Of a DNA stretch of 42,846 nucleotides, positions 27,144-35,512 are shown piece by piece. The stretch comes from a virus. Its lineage: Duplodnaviria; Caudoviricetes. The stretch is from IMG/VR virus record IMGVR_UViG_3300027769_000049, positions 1 through 42,846 of that record; one strand, given 5' to 3'. How positions within the stretch are numbered: the first letter of the stretch is position 1; every line of letters begins with the position of its first letter. The notes beneath the pieces are model-generated. The model ran no database searches, was not told where the DNA came from, and worked only from the letters and a program-made list of their open reading frames with translations. A program made the position numbers and the translations under genes.

Positions 27144-28031
27144 TCAGTAGGCGAAGGCCGAGAAGCCGTTGAAGTCACAGTGAGTGAACTTTCCACCTGT
27201 GGCGCAGACCTTCAGGATCCCGTCAGTGTCGAGCATGACGGAGATGAATCGGTGGGTCACCCCGTTCTCCTTGCCGGTGACTACAGCCCTGGCAGCGACA
27301 AGCGGCTTGGGGAGCCGGGCAGGCAGGGACCGGACGTTGGAGTAGGTCCCGCCTGACGAGTAGGTGTAGACAAGCTCGCCTCTGATCCTGATGACACCGT
27401 TGGTCATGCAGGCTTCGATGAGTCCAGTGCCCGCAATGAACGGCATCACGGTCCAGGGGAAGTCCTCTGGAACAGTGGCATTGCCGACCATCATGGACCT
27501 GACGATGGCCCGAATCTGCGGCTCGGTCATGCCGGGGTTGGCCTGCATGATCTTCAGGACCTGGGTCTCGATCTCGGTGACGGTGGCTGGTGCTGTTGCT
27601 GGTGCAGCCTCATCCACTGGGTCGGTGGTCTTGGCGGCTGGGTAGAGCCACAGGTCCCCGGTGTTGGCGGTGGTCGGCTCGGTGACTTGCTCGAACACCG
27701 TGCCGCCGCCACCACCGCCGCCGGTTCCGGTGGCAGTCGGGTCGATCCACAGGGCACCGACTTCGGTGGCTGGAGGAGGCTGGACTGCGGAGACGATGTG
27801 CGGCGGGCCGGGGTCACCGGGAAGACCGGCAGCCCCCGGAGGGCCGGGAGGACCATCGGCACCAGCAGGGCCAGCAGCACCCGCCGGTCCTTGGGGGCCG
27901 GGAGTCTTGCCGATGTGGTCGGCCACCTGCTTGGCGGTGACCCGCTGCGTGACGGCCCCGTTCACCACCGGGAAAAGGGTGGAGTCGGTGACCGTTCCTG
28001 CTGACAGAGCTGAGATTTTCTGGTCGGGCAT
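27144..28031 (-). CDS. Collagen-containing fibre protein
   Basis: MPDQKISAL...FPVV...TQRVT N-domain, Gly-X-Y tract, two GxLW modules, C-terminal GVIRIRG...RSLPARLPKP domain. Confidence 0.75.
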   Translation of the reverse strand: MPDQKISALSAGTVTDSTLFPVVNGAVTQRVTAKQVADHIGKTPGPQGPAGAAGPAGADGPPGPPGAAGLPGDPGPPHIVSAVQPPPATEVGALWIDPTATGTGGGGGGGTVFEQVTEPTTANTGDLWLYPAAKTTDPVDEAAPATAPATVTEIETQVLKIMQANPGMTEPQIRAIVRSMMVGNATVPEDFPWTVMPFIAGTGLIEACMTNGVIRIRGELVYTYSSGGTYSNVRSLPARLPKPLVAARAVVTGKENGVTHRFISVMLDTDGILKVCATGGKFTHCDFNGFSAFAY

Positions 28032-28033
28032 GG

Positions 28034-28192
28034 TCAGGTACTCTGCTCTTTGCGAAGGGGGTCACCGGCTTCGGTGAGGAGCTTGAACCCGTCCTCTTGG
28101 AGGATTCGGTGGGTGACAGCAGCAGGCGGCGGCTTCGGTGGTCCCGATGCCTTCTTCCTCTTGTTGGTGAGGGTGATTTGGGAGTGGGGCAT
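28034..28192 (-). CDS. Small protein (52 aa) with ILQEDGFKLLTE motif
   Basis: Hand-translated MPHSQITLTNKRKKASGPPKPPPAAVTHRILQEDGFKLLTEAGDPLRKEQST; TGATG-coupled to the upstream gene, ends 2 nt before the next. Confidence 0.7.
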   Translation of the reverse strand: MPHSQITLTNKRKKASGPPKPPPAAVTHRILQEDGFKLLTEAGDPLRKEQST

Positions 28193-28506
28193 CAGCCGCT
28201 CGCACAGATGTAGCCTTCGATGTCCGCTCCCTCACCGACGAGGTAGGAGACGGAGTAGACGCACCCAGGGAGGGCAACGGCGTTACCCTCAGTTATGAGG
28301 GTCTCGGCTCTGTTCCCCTCTTCGTCGTACAGGGGGAACGGGGTGCCGCCCGGCTCGACCAGGCAGGACCACTGGACGGTCCCGGAGCCAGACTCAGCGA
28401 TCAGGATCCCGCCAGCCGAAGCGTGGAAGGGGATCACCTGGGAGGTGGAGACATCCGAGGTGATTTTGACCGGCATGACCCCGGCGTTGCGTTCCATCTT
28501 GGGCAT
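28192..28506 (-). CDS. Small beta-rich hypothetical virion protein
   Basis: GAGGT SD upstream; first gene of the fibre cluster. Confidence 0.65.
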   Translation of the reverse strand: MPKMERNAGVMPVKITSDVSTSQVIPFHASAGGILIAESGSGTVQWSCLVEPGGTPFPLYDEEGNRAETLITEGNAVALPGCVYSVSYLVGEGADIEGYICASG

Positions 28507-28529
28507 GGTGACCTCGGGCTAAAGAAGGG

Positions 28530-28553
28530 CTCCTACTGGTTCATGGCCCCCCT
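28530..28553 (-). promoter_or_regulatory. Conserved motif A, copy 2, enclosed by CGGGCTA/TAGCCCG inverted repeat
   Basis: Wholly intergenic; 23/24 identical to 14715-14738. Confidence 0.6.
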
Positions 28554-28565
28554 AGCCCGCAATGG

Positions 28566-29102
28566 TCACGCCCGTTTTTTCCACGACGGCAGGTACTTTT
28601 CCCTTACCACTTCACCGGCTTCCCTGCGGCCAAGCCTGGGGTTCTTGGCCATCTCCTCTTTCGCCAGCCTTTTCTCCAGGCTCTTGCTCAGCGCTTTCTT
28701 CTTGGGGGCTTGTTCATGCCCCTGGTGATTGACAGCGCCGGACACAGTTAGGTTTCGAGCCTGGGCGACCTTCTTGACGTCGGATGTGTCCGAGACCCAA
28801 GCAAGCGGATCCATGTGGCCACGCTTGTCGGCCAGTCCGGAGACGTACTGCTTGCCCGAGATGTCGATGCCAGCGGCCTTGGCCTCCCGGACGATTCTCT
28901 GGGCCTGGTGGACTGGCATGTCGTCCAGCCAGTTGCCGTCGAGCCTGCCCTGCTGGAACGCCCGGTCGGTGCCTTTGGTTCCCGGAGGCTGCTGAAGGGC
29001 GCACATTTCAGCGAAAGCCGGGGTCTGCCCGTCTTCGATCATGCGGACGTAGTGATCCTGGACGTCCTTGTCAGCCAGGGCGATCGAGATGGGCATCATC
29101 AT
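28566..29102 (-). CDS. Hypothetical protein downstream of portal
   Basis: ATGA overlap with portal stop; globular sequence with basic C-terminus. Confidence 0.7.
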   Translation of the reverse strand: MMMPISIALADKDVQDHYVRMIEDGQTPAFAEMCALQQPPGTKGTDRAFQQGRLDGNWLDDMPVHQAQRIVREAKAAGIDISGKQYVSGLADKRGHMDPLAWVSDTSDVKKVAQARNLTVSGAVNHQGHEQAPKKKALSKSLEKRLAKEEMAKNPRLGRREAGEVVREKYLPSWKKRA

Positions 29103-31264
29103 GGCATCAGCTCCGGTGGAACTTGGTCAGGGTCCATGGGGGGGCCCTGTTCTGGAGGAGGGCCGCCGCCGCCTTCGACCGGGGGAGAGGTACCCTCTGG
29201 GCCAGGTGGAGTAGGCTGGCTGGGGTCACCGGGAGGCGGCGGCGGCGGTTCCGGGAGGAGGTATGGCTTGGGGTCGATGTCGAGCGACTTGGCCCAGTCG
29301 GTGAGCAGGGCATTCCAGACCGAGACGTTGCCCATGCTGACAAGCTGCTGGGCCATCGGCCCAACGGTCTGCATGGCCATCTGCATCTGCTCGACCTTGC
29401 CAGCTTTGTTCGGCTTCCTGGCAGATCCAGCTTCGATCCTGTACTCGAACTCCCTGGCAGACGAGTCAACGTCAAGGGTCCGGACGGCAGAGTCCCACAC
29501 CTCTGCTCCAAGCGGGCCGAGTACGGGGACGACGTCCTTCCCTTCCAAGAGCCACCGGGCAGCCAGGGCTTCTTTCCTGGCGAGTGTACTCATGGCATCT
29601 TCCAGGACGTTTGCCATGTCGTCAGGTCTTACGCTTATCTGTTCAGACTTGACCTGCGCCTCTGCTGCACTTCTGAACTGGTTTCTGGTCATGCCGTACA
29701 CCAGTTCGGTCAGGCCAACCCTCTTGTCAAACATCTCCATGACCGCCTGCATCACCTGGAAAAACTGCGGCGACAGGTCAGGGAGCTGGAGGACCGAGAT
29801 GATGTCGTTGACCGACCGGCCGAGGCTTTCGGACAGCTCGACCAGAGAGAAGCCACCCTGCTCGTGCTTCAGGAGCTGGTCCTTGATGTCTTGATCGGCC
29901 GCCTTGCTCACGGCAACGGTGGTCTTGCAGGACACCATGATCCGGGTGGCCAGGAAGCTCATGCCCCAGTTGATGAACTTCAGCTCGGGCATCCCGGGCT
30001 TCAGGTGGCTGATCGGGTAGGAGTACCCGGGCTTCCTGTGGAACTGGAGCGGCGTGAACGGCCAGCCGTTGATCTCCGTCGAAAACGGAATTGGCCACCG
30101 GGTTTGGGTGAACATCAGCTCGGGGAGGCCCGTCTCGGGGGAGGGCGGCTCCATGGCGAGCTGCTTGGGGGCGTTGAGGGGGAAATCGACCCCCTCGGCC
30201 ACGACGATGTAGCAGGTGTCGCCCAGGGAGTCGAAGAGCCCCTTGAACTCCTTGCTGGCCCCCTTGAGGGTATGGCCAAACCCGGTCTTGCTGTAGATCT
30301 TCCAGTAGACAATCAGGTCGTTGGTCTTGCCGTTTCGCTTCTTGGTCTTGTAGTCCAGGTTCTTGTCCTGGGACCGAGCGACGTAAGACTCCAGGTGCCC
30401 CTTCAGGTCTTCTCGGTTGAGTCCGTACTGGGCGGCAACCTGATCAACTGGGTGAACGCACCGCCGGGCACACCAAAGGATGTCCTCCTGCTCGTCGGCG
30501 TCGGGGTCCCAGACGATGTTGTCGCAGGAGTCATAGAAGCTGCCGACCATCCCGAACGTCTGCCCTTCGCCAGCCTTGAGCTGGACCATTTCTGTCCACC
30601 ACACCCCGAGGCCGGTGATGATCGCCTCATCCACCACCTTCCGGGAGTGTTCCTTGAGGTTCAGCTCCACGGGGGTGTAGTTGAGATAGCCCTGGACAAG
30701 CTCGGAAATGCCTTTCCGTTTCTCCTCCTCCATGGCCACGACGTTGGAGGTGTCGATGAACTGCTGGATCCTGGGGTCTTGGGCAGGCATGCCGGTCATC
30801 GGATCGACCATCGGCATCCCCGTCATCGGGTCCACCGGGGGCGGTGCTGATGGATCAATGCCCAGAGAGATCGGAGAAACCACAGGGAAAGACCTGGGGG
30901 TAACCGTCCTCACAGGATTCCGGGCATAGATCACAGAGCCAAACAGCTTCACGGCCTCGAACGCCTTGTTGACGCACATTCGGAAGCTTGGCGGGGCCAT
31001 CTTGGAGTACGCCGGGCTGCTGCCGGGTGTGCCCCGATCGCCCCAGAACCAGTCGCCCGCCCCGTCAAAGAAGTTGCGGGCCTCAGTGGCGTCCTCGGTG
31101 AACGGCCGCTTGTGGTCGAGAGCCAGGTTGATCTTCTCCATCCACCCCTTGGAGATGGACCGAAGGGCGTCCTCCATGAGCTTCGTGGAGATTTCGTCCC
31201 CGGGAAGCTCTGGAAGGCCGCCGTCTGACATCGACGCATCGGTGGAGAGGTTCAAGCCGTCCAT
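29099..31264 (-). CDS. Portal protein
   Basis: 721 aa close behind TerL; podovirus/P22-like portal features (DEAIITGLGV, WDPDA, GLTELVYG...SAAEAQ, YRIEAGS, Pro-rich tail). Confidence 0.8.
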   Translation of the reverse strand: MDGLNLSTDASMSDGGLPELPGDEISTKLMEDALRSISKGWMEKINLALDHKRPFTEDATEARNFFDGAGDWFWGDRGTPGSSPAYSKMAPPSFRMCVNKAFEAVKLFGSVIYARNPVRTVTPRSFPVVSPISLGIDPSAPPPVDPMTGMPMVDPMTGMPAQDPRIQQFIDTSNVVAMEEEKRKGISELVQGYLNYTPVELNLKEHSRKVVDEAIITGLGVWWTEMVQLKAGEGQTFGMVGSFYDSCDNIVWDPDADEQEDILWCARRCVHPVDQVAAQYGLNREDLKGHLESYVARSQDKNLDYKTKKRNGKTNDLIVYWKIYSKTGFGHTLKGASKEFKGLFDSLGDTCYIVVAEGVDFPLNAPKQLAMEPPSPETGLPELMFTQTRWPIPFSTEINGWPFTPLQFHRKPGYSYPISHLKPGMPELKFINWGMSFLATRIMVSCKTTVAVSKAADQDIKDQLLKHEQGGFSLVELSESLGRSVNDIISVLQLPDLSPQFFQVMQAVMEMFDKRVGLTELVYGMTRNQFRSAAEAQVKSEQISVRPDDMANVLEDAMSTLARKEALAARWLLEGKDVVPVLGPLGAEVWDSAVRTLDVDSSAREFEYRIEAGSARKPNKAGKVEQMQMAMQTVGPMAQQLVSMGNVSVWNALLTDWAKSLDIDPKPYLLPEPPPPPPGDPSQPTPPGPEGTSPPVEGGGGPPPEQGPPMDPDQVPPELMP

Positions 31265-31267
31265 GGA

Positions 31268-31627
31268 TCAGCTCTCGGTGGTCTTCTTGGAGGGGGTCCT
31301 GGAGGCCTGCTCCAGCTTCATCTTGGTGAGAAGGGTCCTGATTTCCTTCAGAGCCTCGGTGTTCGGGTGAAGGGTGAACGCACCCCACTTCGACCAGGCA
31401 CCGGACATCTCGCTCTCTCTCCAGAACGGGTCGTCGGCGTGGCGAACGCTCGGCTTTTCCACGAAGCCAGCGTCTTCGGCCCAGATCAGGATGTTGACCG
31501 TAGAGTTTCCGGGCCTGCGGCTGACCCACCCCATCGAAGCCGTCCGGGTGTCGGGGTGGAGGGGGTTGTCGTGGTACAGGACAAGATCACCGACCGTCAG
31601 TTCGGGAAGTTCAAATTGCTGGCTCAT
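31268..31627 (-). CDS. Hypothetical protein (SH3-like beta barrel plus helix)
   Basis: AGGAG SD before MSQQFELPELTVGDLVLY. Confidence 0.7.
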   Translation of the reverse strand: MSQQFELPELTVGDLVLYHDNPLHPDTRTASMGWVSRRPGNSTVNILIWAEDAGFVEKPSVRHADDPFWRESEMSGAWSKWGAFTLHPNTEALKEIRTLLTKMKLEQASRTPSKKTTES

Positions 31628-31674
31628 GTGCGGGTCTCCTTGTGGCGGCAGCTTGACAGGAGGCCGTGCAGTCG

Positions 31675-31688
31675 CAAACCGTCTTTCA
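31675..31688 (-). promoter_or_regulatory. Conserved motif B, copy 1 (TGAAAGACGGTTTG)
   Basis: Identical to 38381-38394; 13/14 to 42820-42833. Confidence 0.5.
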
Positions 31689-33389
31689 AGCAACCCATGT
31701 CTGGGTGTATGAGTTGGGAGTCAGGTATACAGCTCCGCTTTGGTTCTTCTGCTTGTCCTTCTCCTTCTTCCACTTGAGCCACCACGGCTCTTCTGCGGTT
31801 CCCTTTTCGGGGGCGTGGTACCGAGGCTCGTAAGCACACAGGTACCGAAGGCAGTCCACGAGGTGGAAGTCGCCCCGCTTGTTGGGCTCGTCGGTAACGA
31901 CCGTGACACCGGCGACGTAAGCGCACTTCTTCTTGTACATCTTCATCTCGCGCTCCATGTTCGGGACGGAGTCGCGGAGAAACCTGAGCTTGGGGGCCCC
32001 GTCAGGGCGGATGTGCAAGAGGTTGCGGACGGCCTGGAGTCCCGACTGAACATCGTCAGCTCCGGGGATAAAGCTCGCCCCCGTAGTCTTCGAGCGGATG
32101 TTGTGCTTCACCATCTCCTCGGTGTACTGATCCTGAGCAGACCTTCCCGAGCCGATGTCTGTGATGCGGCCACCGTGAGCGTCGATGAGAAAGGCGTGAA
32201 ACTTGGATCCGCTGGCTTTCTTCAGGAACTCCTGGCCGAAAATGATGGCGTTGGCGTGTCTGATGTACAGCTCGTCGTACACCAAGACCATCGACTCATC
32301 TGGGGGGATGGCCGCAAACAGCACGGCTGTCACAGAGTGCCCGGGGTCAACCACGGCAAACCGGCACCAGTCGTCTGGGACCGTGCCGTTCGGGAGCTTT
32401 GCCCTGTCGTACCCGTGAATGGACATGGAGAACGACGGGTAGACCTTGACCGAGTCGATGTTGAACTCACCCTCGGATCGCTGCCTGAGGACGTCTTCCC
32501 CGGCGGCGGCCCAACGCTCGATTGCCTTCCGCTTTTCGTTCTCGTCGATGTGCGGGTTGTCCAGGAAGCGGAGGACGTATCTCCGAATGTCGTTGCTGCC
32601 GGTCTCCTCGGCTTTGTCGGCCCGCTCCTTGAGTACCATCAAGGCATCATTCCTGGAGTGGGGCATGGCAGACCAGGCAAACCTTCCCTTTCGGTCTGCA
32701 AGTCTGGCCTGCATTTCTGGGACCCACTGCTCGTTATTGATATCCTCGTCGATGTGTACCCTGTCGGCTTGGAAGCCCTGGGGTGGATCACCTTCGGATG
32801 AGAAGCAGTAGATCGTCCACCCGTTGACCAGCTCGCAGGAGTTCAAGTACCCGGCCGACTTGAGGAGCCAGGACATCGACTTGATCATTCGGGGTGGAAT
32901 CAGCGGCGGGGCTGGCTTGGCCTGCTTTTCCCGCTCTAGGTCCCCGAGCAAAGCCGGGTTGAACGCCCGCCACTTCCCGGTGGTCTTGTCCTTGATGATC
33001 TTGAAGGCCCCGGCCTTGAACAGGTAAGGCACGACCACCAGCCCGATGTGCTTCCAGTTGGCACCGACGATGACGAGATTCCCGCCCTCTTTTGGGTACT
33101 TGCCTTCGATGGGGTGGGTACCTGTGGCGGCCCATGCGTCCTCGATGAAAGTGCAGAGGGATTTGCCGGAACGATTCCCCCCGATCACCAGGATTTCACT
33201 GGCCATGTCCCGGTGGAAGTCCCACTGCTTCGGCGTAGGCTGGTAGAGGCGAAGGGACTCCATCCGCCTCTCGGCCAATTCGATCTGCAAGCTCCGCAGC
33301 TCGTCGAGCTGGAACCCCGAGATGCTCTGACTCGACTGGGGCGTCGTGCCCTGGGGGCTGCTTGAGACCGGCGGATTCGGGGTGGACAT
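31686..33389 (-). CDS. terL: Terminase large subunit
   Basis: PTPKQ adenine motif, Walker A GGNRSGKS, Walker B VHIDED, RNase H-like VVDPG and HLVDCLRY. Confidence 0.93.
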   Translation of the reverse strand: MSTPNPPVSSSPQGTTPQSSQSISGFQLDELRSLQIELAERRMESLRLYQPTPKQWDFHRDMASEILVIGGNRSGKSLCTFIEDAWAATGTHPIEGKYPKEGGNLVIVGANWKHIGLVVVPYLFKAGAFKIIKDKTTGKWRAFNPALLGDLEREKQAKPAPPLIPPRMIKSMSWLLKSAGYLNSCELVNGWTIYCFSSEGDPPQGFQADRVHIDEDINNEQWVPEMQARLADRKGRFAWSAMPHSRNDALMVLKERADKAEETGSNDIRRYVLRFLDNPHIDENEKRKAIERWAAAGEDVLRQRSEGEFNIDSVKVYPSFSMSIHGYDRAKLPNGTVPDDWCRFAVVDPGHSVTAVLFAAIPPDESMVLVYDELYIRHANAIIFGQEFLKKASGSKFHAFLIDAHGGRITDIGSGRSAQDQYTEEMVKHNIRSKTTGASFIPGADDVQSGLQAVRNLLHIRPDGAPKLRFLRDSVPNMEREMKMYKKKCAYVAGVTVVTDEPNKRGDFHLVDCLRYLCAYEPRYHAPEKGTAEEPWWLKWKKEKDKQKNQSGAVYLTPNSYTQTWVA

Positions 33390-33894
33390 CGATGATCCTC
33401 GGTCGCTGTTGGAGGGAAATGGCGTTTTGGATCCGCTGGTCGATCTCCGCTTCCAGCTCGTCCTCGGTGTAAAGGCTGATCGGCTTCCGGGCCCCGCCTT
33501 GCTCGGTGTTCTGGGTGGCCAGCTTGGTCACCATTTCCAGGACCTGAGACCTGATCCTGGAGCCTGGGGCAGCGTCCCAATACTGCTTCATGGCCAGAGA
33601 GGCGAACCCGTTCACGCCGCCGAAGTTCACCATCATGGCTTCGAGCAGCTCGGCCGTATGCGGGATGTTTGCCCCGCCAGAGATGGTTCTCTTGACGAAG
33701 GTGTCAACCGCCTTGGCCTCGATCTTGGCCAGCTCGGCTTTCCGCTTGTTTGCTGCCCGGCACTTCCGGCAGACGGACTGGAAAGAAGTGGTGCATCCAG
33801 GGACGCAGACGAAGTGCTTTCGGTCAGCGGGCAGCACCCGGTCGCACTGGGAACACTGCTTGACCGGGCGGATCTCTTCGTCGCCGTCGCTCAT
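33196..33894 (-). CDS. Putative terminase small subunit with N-terminal Zn finger
   Basis: CSQC...CRKC; LYTEDELEAEI helix; immediately upstream of and overlapping terL. Confidence 0.6.
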   Translation of the reverse strand: MSDGDEEIRPVKQCSQCDRVLPADRKHFVCVPGCTTSFQSVCRKCRAANKRKAELAKIEAKAVDTFVKRTISGGANIPHTAELLEAMMVNFGGVNGFASLAMKQYWDAAPGSRIRSQVLEMVTKLATQNTEQGGARKPISLYTEDELEAEIDQRIQNAISLQQRPRIIDVHPESAGLKQPPGHDAPVESEHLGVPARRAAELADRIGREADGVPSPLPAYAEAVGLPPGHGQ

Positions 33895-33897
33895 CGG

Positions 33898-34185
33898 TCA
33901 CCTGTCGAGCTGGGTAACGGTCTTGACCATGGGGTTCTGATTGGGCTGCTTGCCGCCGACCAAGGCAAGCAGGTTTGAATCCTGCTGGTACCCCTGGTAA
34001 GCGTCCACGATCTGGCTTGCCATGGTTGGCCCGAACATGGCCTTGTACAGATCCTCGATCATCCTCTCGTCCAGCGGGATTGGGCTTCGCTGGGATTCTT
34101 CTGCCGCCCTGGCAAACAGGGACTTGGCGTCTGGCAGGCCGCCTTGCTGACGGTCCTTGAGGAGAGCCCGAATGGTGTCTGACAT
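33898..34185 (-). CDS. Hypothetical protein
   Basis: Start MSDTIRALLK; fills gap before TerS. Confidence 0.65.
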   Translation of the reverse strand: MSDTIRALLKDRQQGGLPDAKSLFARAAEESQRSPIPLDERMIEDLYKAMFGPTMASQIVDAYQGYQQDSNLLALVGGKQPNQNPMVKTVTQLDR

Positions 34186-34200
34186 TGGTGAGCCCCTATG

Positions 34201-34248
34201 CACCGGGGGCCTGCCCCGGGATGTGGAGTCCCAAGACAGGCCCCCGTG
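34201..34248 (-). other. Intergenic stem-loop
   Basis: CGGGGGCCTG pairs with CAGGCCCCCG, with inner GGGA/TCCC; no U-tract on the minus strand. Confidence 0.5.
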
Positions 34249-34260
34249 TTGCGTTGGTCG

Positions 34261-34746
34261 TCAGTTCGAGGAATAGATCCGCTTGACGGCCGCGTCGTTC
34301 ATGGCCTCGTGCTGGGCGTTGTAGGACTTTCGGGCAAACCGGCCTGCCTTTCGTCCGTTCTTCGCTTCAGCCACGGTGGCCCGCTTGACGATCCGGGCAT
34401 CCTTGCGGGCGGTATGCACACCAACAGGCGGGCAATCACCACCGACACAGGCGGCACCCCCGGGGCCACCGACGATCACCTGCTCGTTCACGGTGACATT
34501 GGGGGCCGAGACACGCTCCTGGACACGCACGGTGCCGGGAGCTTCCACGACCACCGACTCGTTCACCGTCACAGCCTCGTCGGCCGGGATGGTAACAGAC
34601 TCGTCGGCCTGCACCGTGGTGCCGACCCGGACGGACTGCTTGACGGAGGTGTCCCCGTGGCAGTTACCAGCCTGGGCGGCGTTGCAGGTGAGGACGCAGA
34701 GGAGGGCGAGGACCAGGGTCCAGGCGAGAGCGGGGAAGTTTTTCAC
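34261..34746 (-). CDS. Secreted Val-rich protein with signal peptide
   Basis: GTG start after AGGA; MKNFPALAWTLVLALLCVLTCNAAQA signal; repeated VTVNE-x-V-x-V; basic C-terminus. Confidence 0.65.
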   Translation of the reverse strand: MKNFPALAWTLVLALLCVLTCNAAQAGNCHGDTSVKQSVRVGTTVQADESVTIPADEAVTVNESVVVEAPGTVRVQERVSAPNVTVNEQVIVGGPGGAACVGGDCPPVGVHTARKDARIVKRATVAEAKNGRKAGRFARKSYNAQHEAMNDAAVKRIYSSN

Positions 34747-34768
34747 GATCGGAGTCCTTTCCAGAGGG

Positions 34769-35248
34769 TTACTTGAACGACTGAGTCCAGTAGGGTACGC
34801 CGCCATTGTAAGCGAGCCCCACACCAATTGCACTGTACTTCGGGTTCAGGATGTTGGCACGGTGACCACGGCTGTTCATCCATGTCACATGAACGTCCCG
34901 TGGAGTGGTCTGGCCATACGCCACGTTCTCTCCATACCCCATCTTGCTGTGATACATCCTTCGTCGAGCGGCTTGGTTCCTGCTCCACCCGCTTGCGGCT
35001 GCCATCAGGGTTGGGTCCACGCGGAGTGGGGACAACCCCCGTGACAGTCGCTCGGTGTTCACCAGCTTCACCACCTGAGACTCGAAGGTCTCGGGAGCTG
35101 CCGCCTGCTTGACGGCTGGCTTCTTGGGGGCGAGGGGCTTGGCCGGGGCGGGCGGGGCGATGACGGGGGGAGGCACGGGGGCGGGCTTGATCATCAGCCA
35201 GATGGCGTAGACGACCAGCAGGACGCCGATGGCCACCTTGGCAAGCAT
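34769..35248 (-). CDS. Membrane-anchored CAP/SCP domain protein (YkwD-like)
   Basis: LVNTER...GLSPLRVDPTL...MYHS...GENVAYG...WMNSRGHRANIL...IGVG...YWTQSF; N-terminal TM helix and Pro linker. Confidence 0.9.
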   Translation of the reverse strand: MLAKVAIGVLLVVYAIWLMIKPAPVPPPVIAPPAPAKPLAPKKPAVKQAAAPETFESQVVKLVNTERLSRGLSPLRVDPTLMAAASGWSRNQAARRRMYHSKMGYGENVAYGQTTPRDVHVTWMNSRGHRANILNPKYSAIGVGLAYNGGVPYWTQSFK

Positions 35249-35249
35249 G

Positions 35250-35510
35250 TCACTTCTCCGCTGCCTCCCCGCTCACCATCGACACGATCAGGGCCTTGCA
35301 GGTGTTGGCCGCTGCCTTGTTCCCCTGACGCTCCAGGTTGTCCTTGAGGGTCAGGAGATCGACGACCGACTTCTTCCTGAAGGCTTGCTGGTGGGTTTCA
35401 AGACCCAAGCGGGCCTTGATCCACCCACCAGCAAGCCACTTCACCAGGGGCCATGCCAGAAGCAGGACCCCAAGGGCGAGGATCAGGTAGAGGATGATCT
35501 TGTCGTCCAT
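35250..35510 (-). CDS. Small single-TM membrane protein (holin-like candidate)
   Basis: IILYLILALGVLLLAWPLV TM followed by an amphipathic tail. Confidence 0.55.
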   Translation of the reverse strand: MDDKIILYLILALGVLLLAWPLVKWLAGGWIKARLGLETHQQAFRKKSVVDLLTLKDNLERQGNKAAANTCKALIVSMVSGEAAEK

Positions 35511-35512
35511 GT

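Noticed and set aside
23618-27144. Stop-codon readthrough fusing the fibre genes
   Set aside because: Intergenic gaps of 8, 29, 4 and 88 nt are all out of frame, and one gap holds a terminator-like hairpin.
19728-28031. Diversity-generating retroelement suggested by the Mtd_N-like domain
   Set aside because: No reverse transcriptase and no TR/VR pair with adenine-specific mismatches seen; the C-terminus is Ig-like, not CLec.
30780-30840. DPMTGMP tandem duplication in portal
   Set aside because: Low-complexity loop of a kind common in portal proteins; no independent function evident.
1890-33365. Long plus-strand ORFs (e.g. 1890-3533, 4578-6110, 28784-30850, 31740-32801) and minus-strand 899-1795
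   Set aside because: Antisense shadows of real genes in high-GC DNA; no motifs, and they fully overlap better-supported CDSs.
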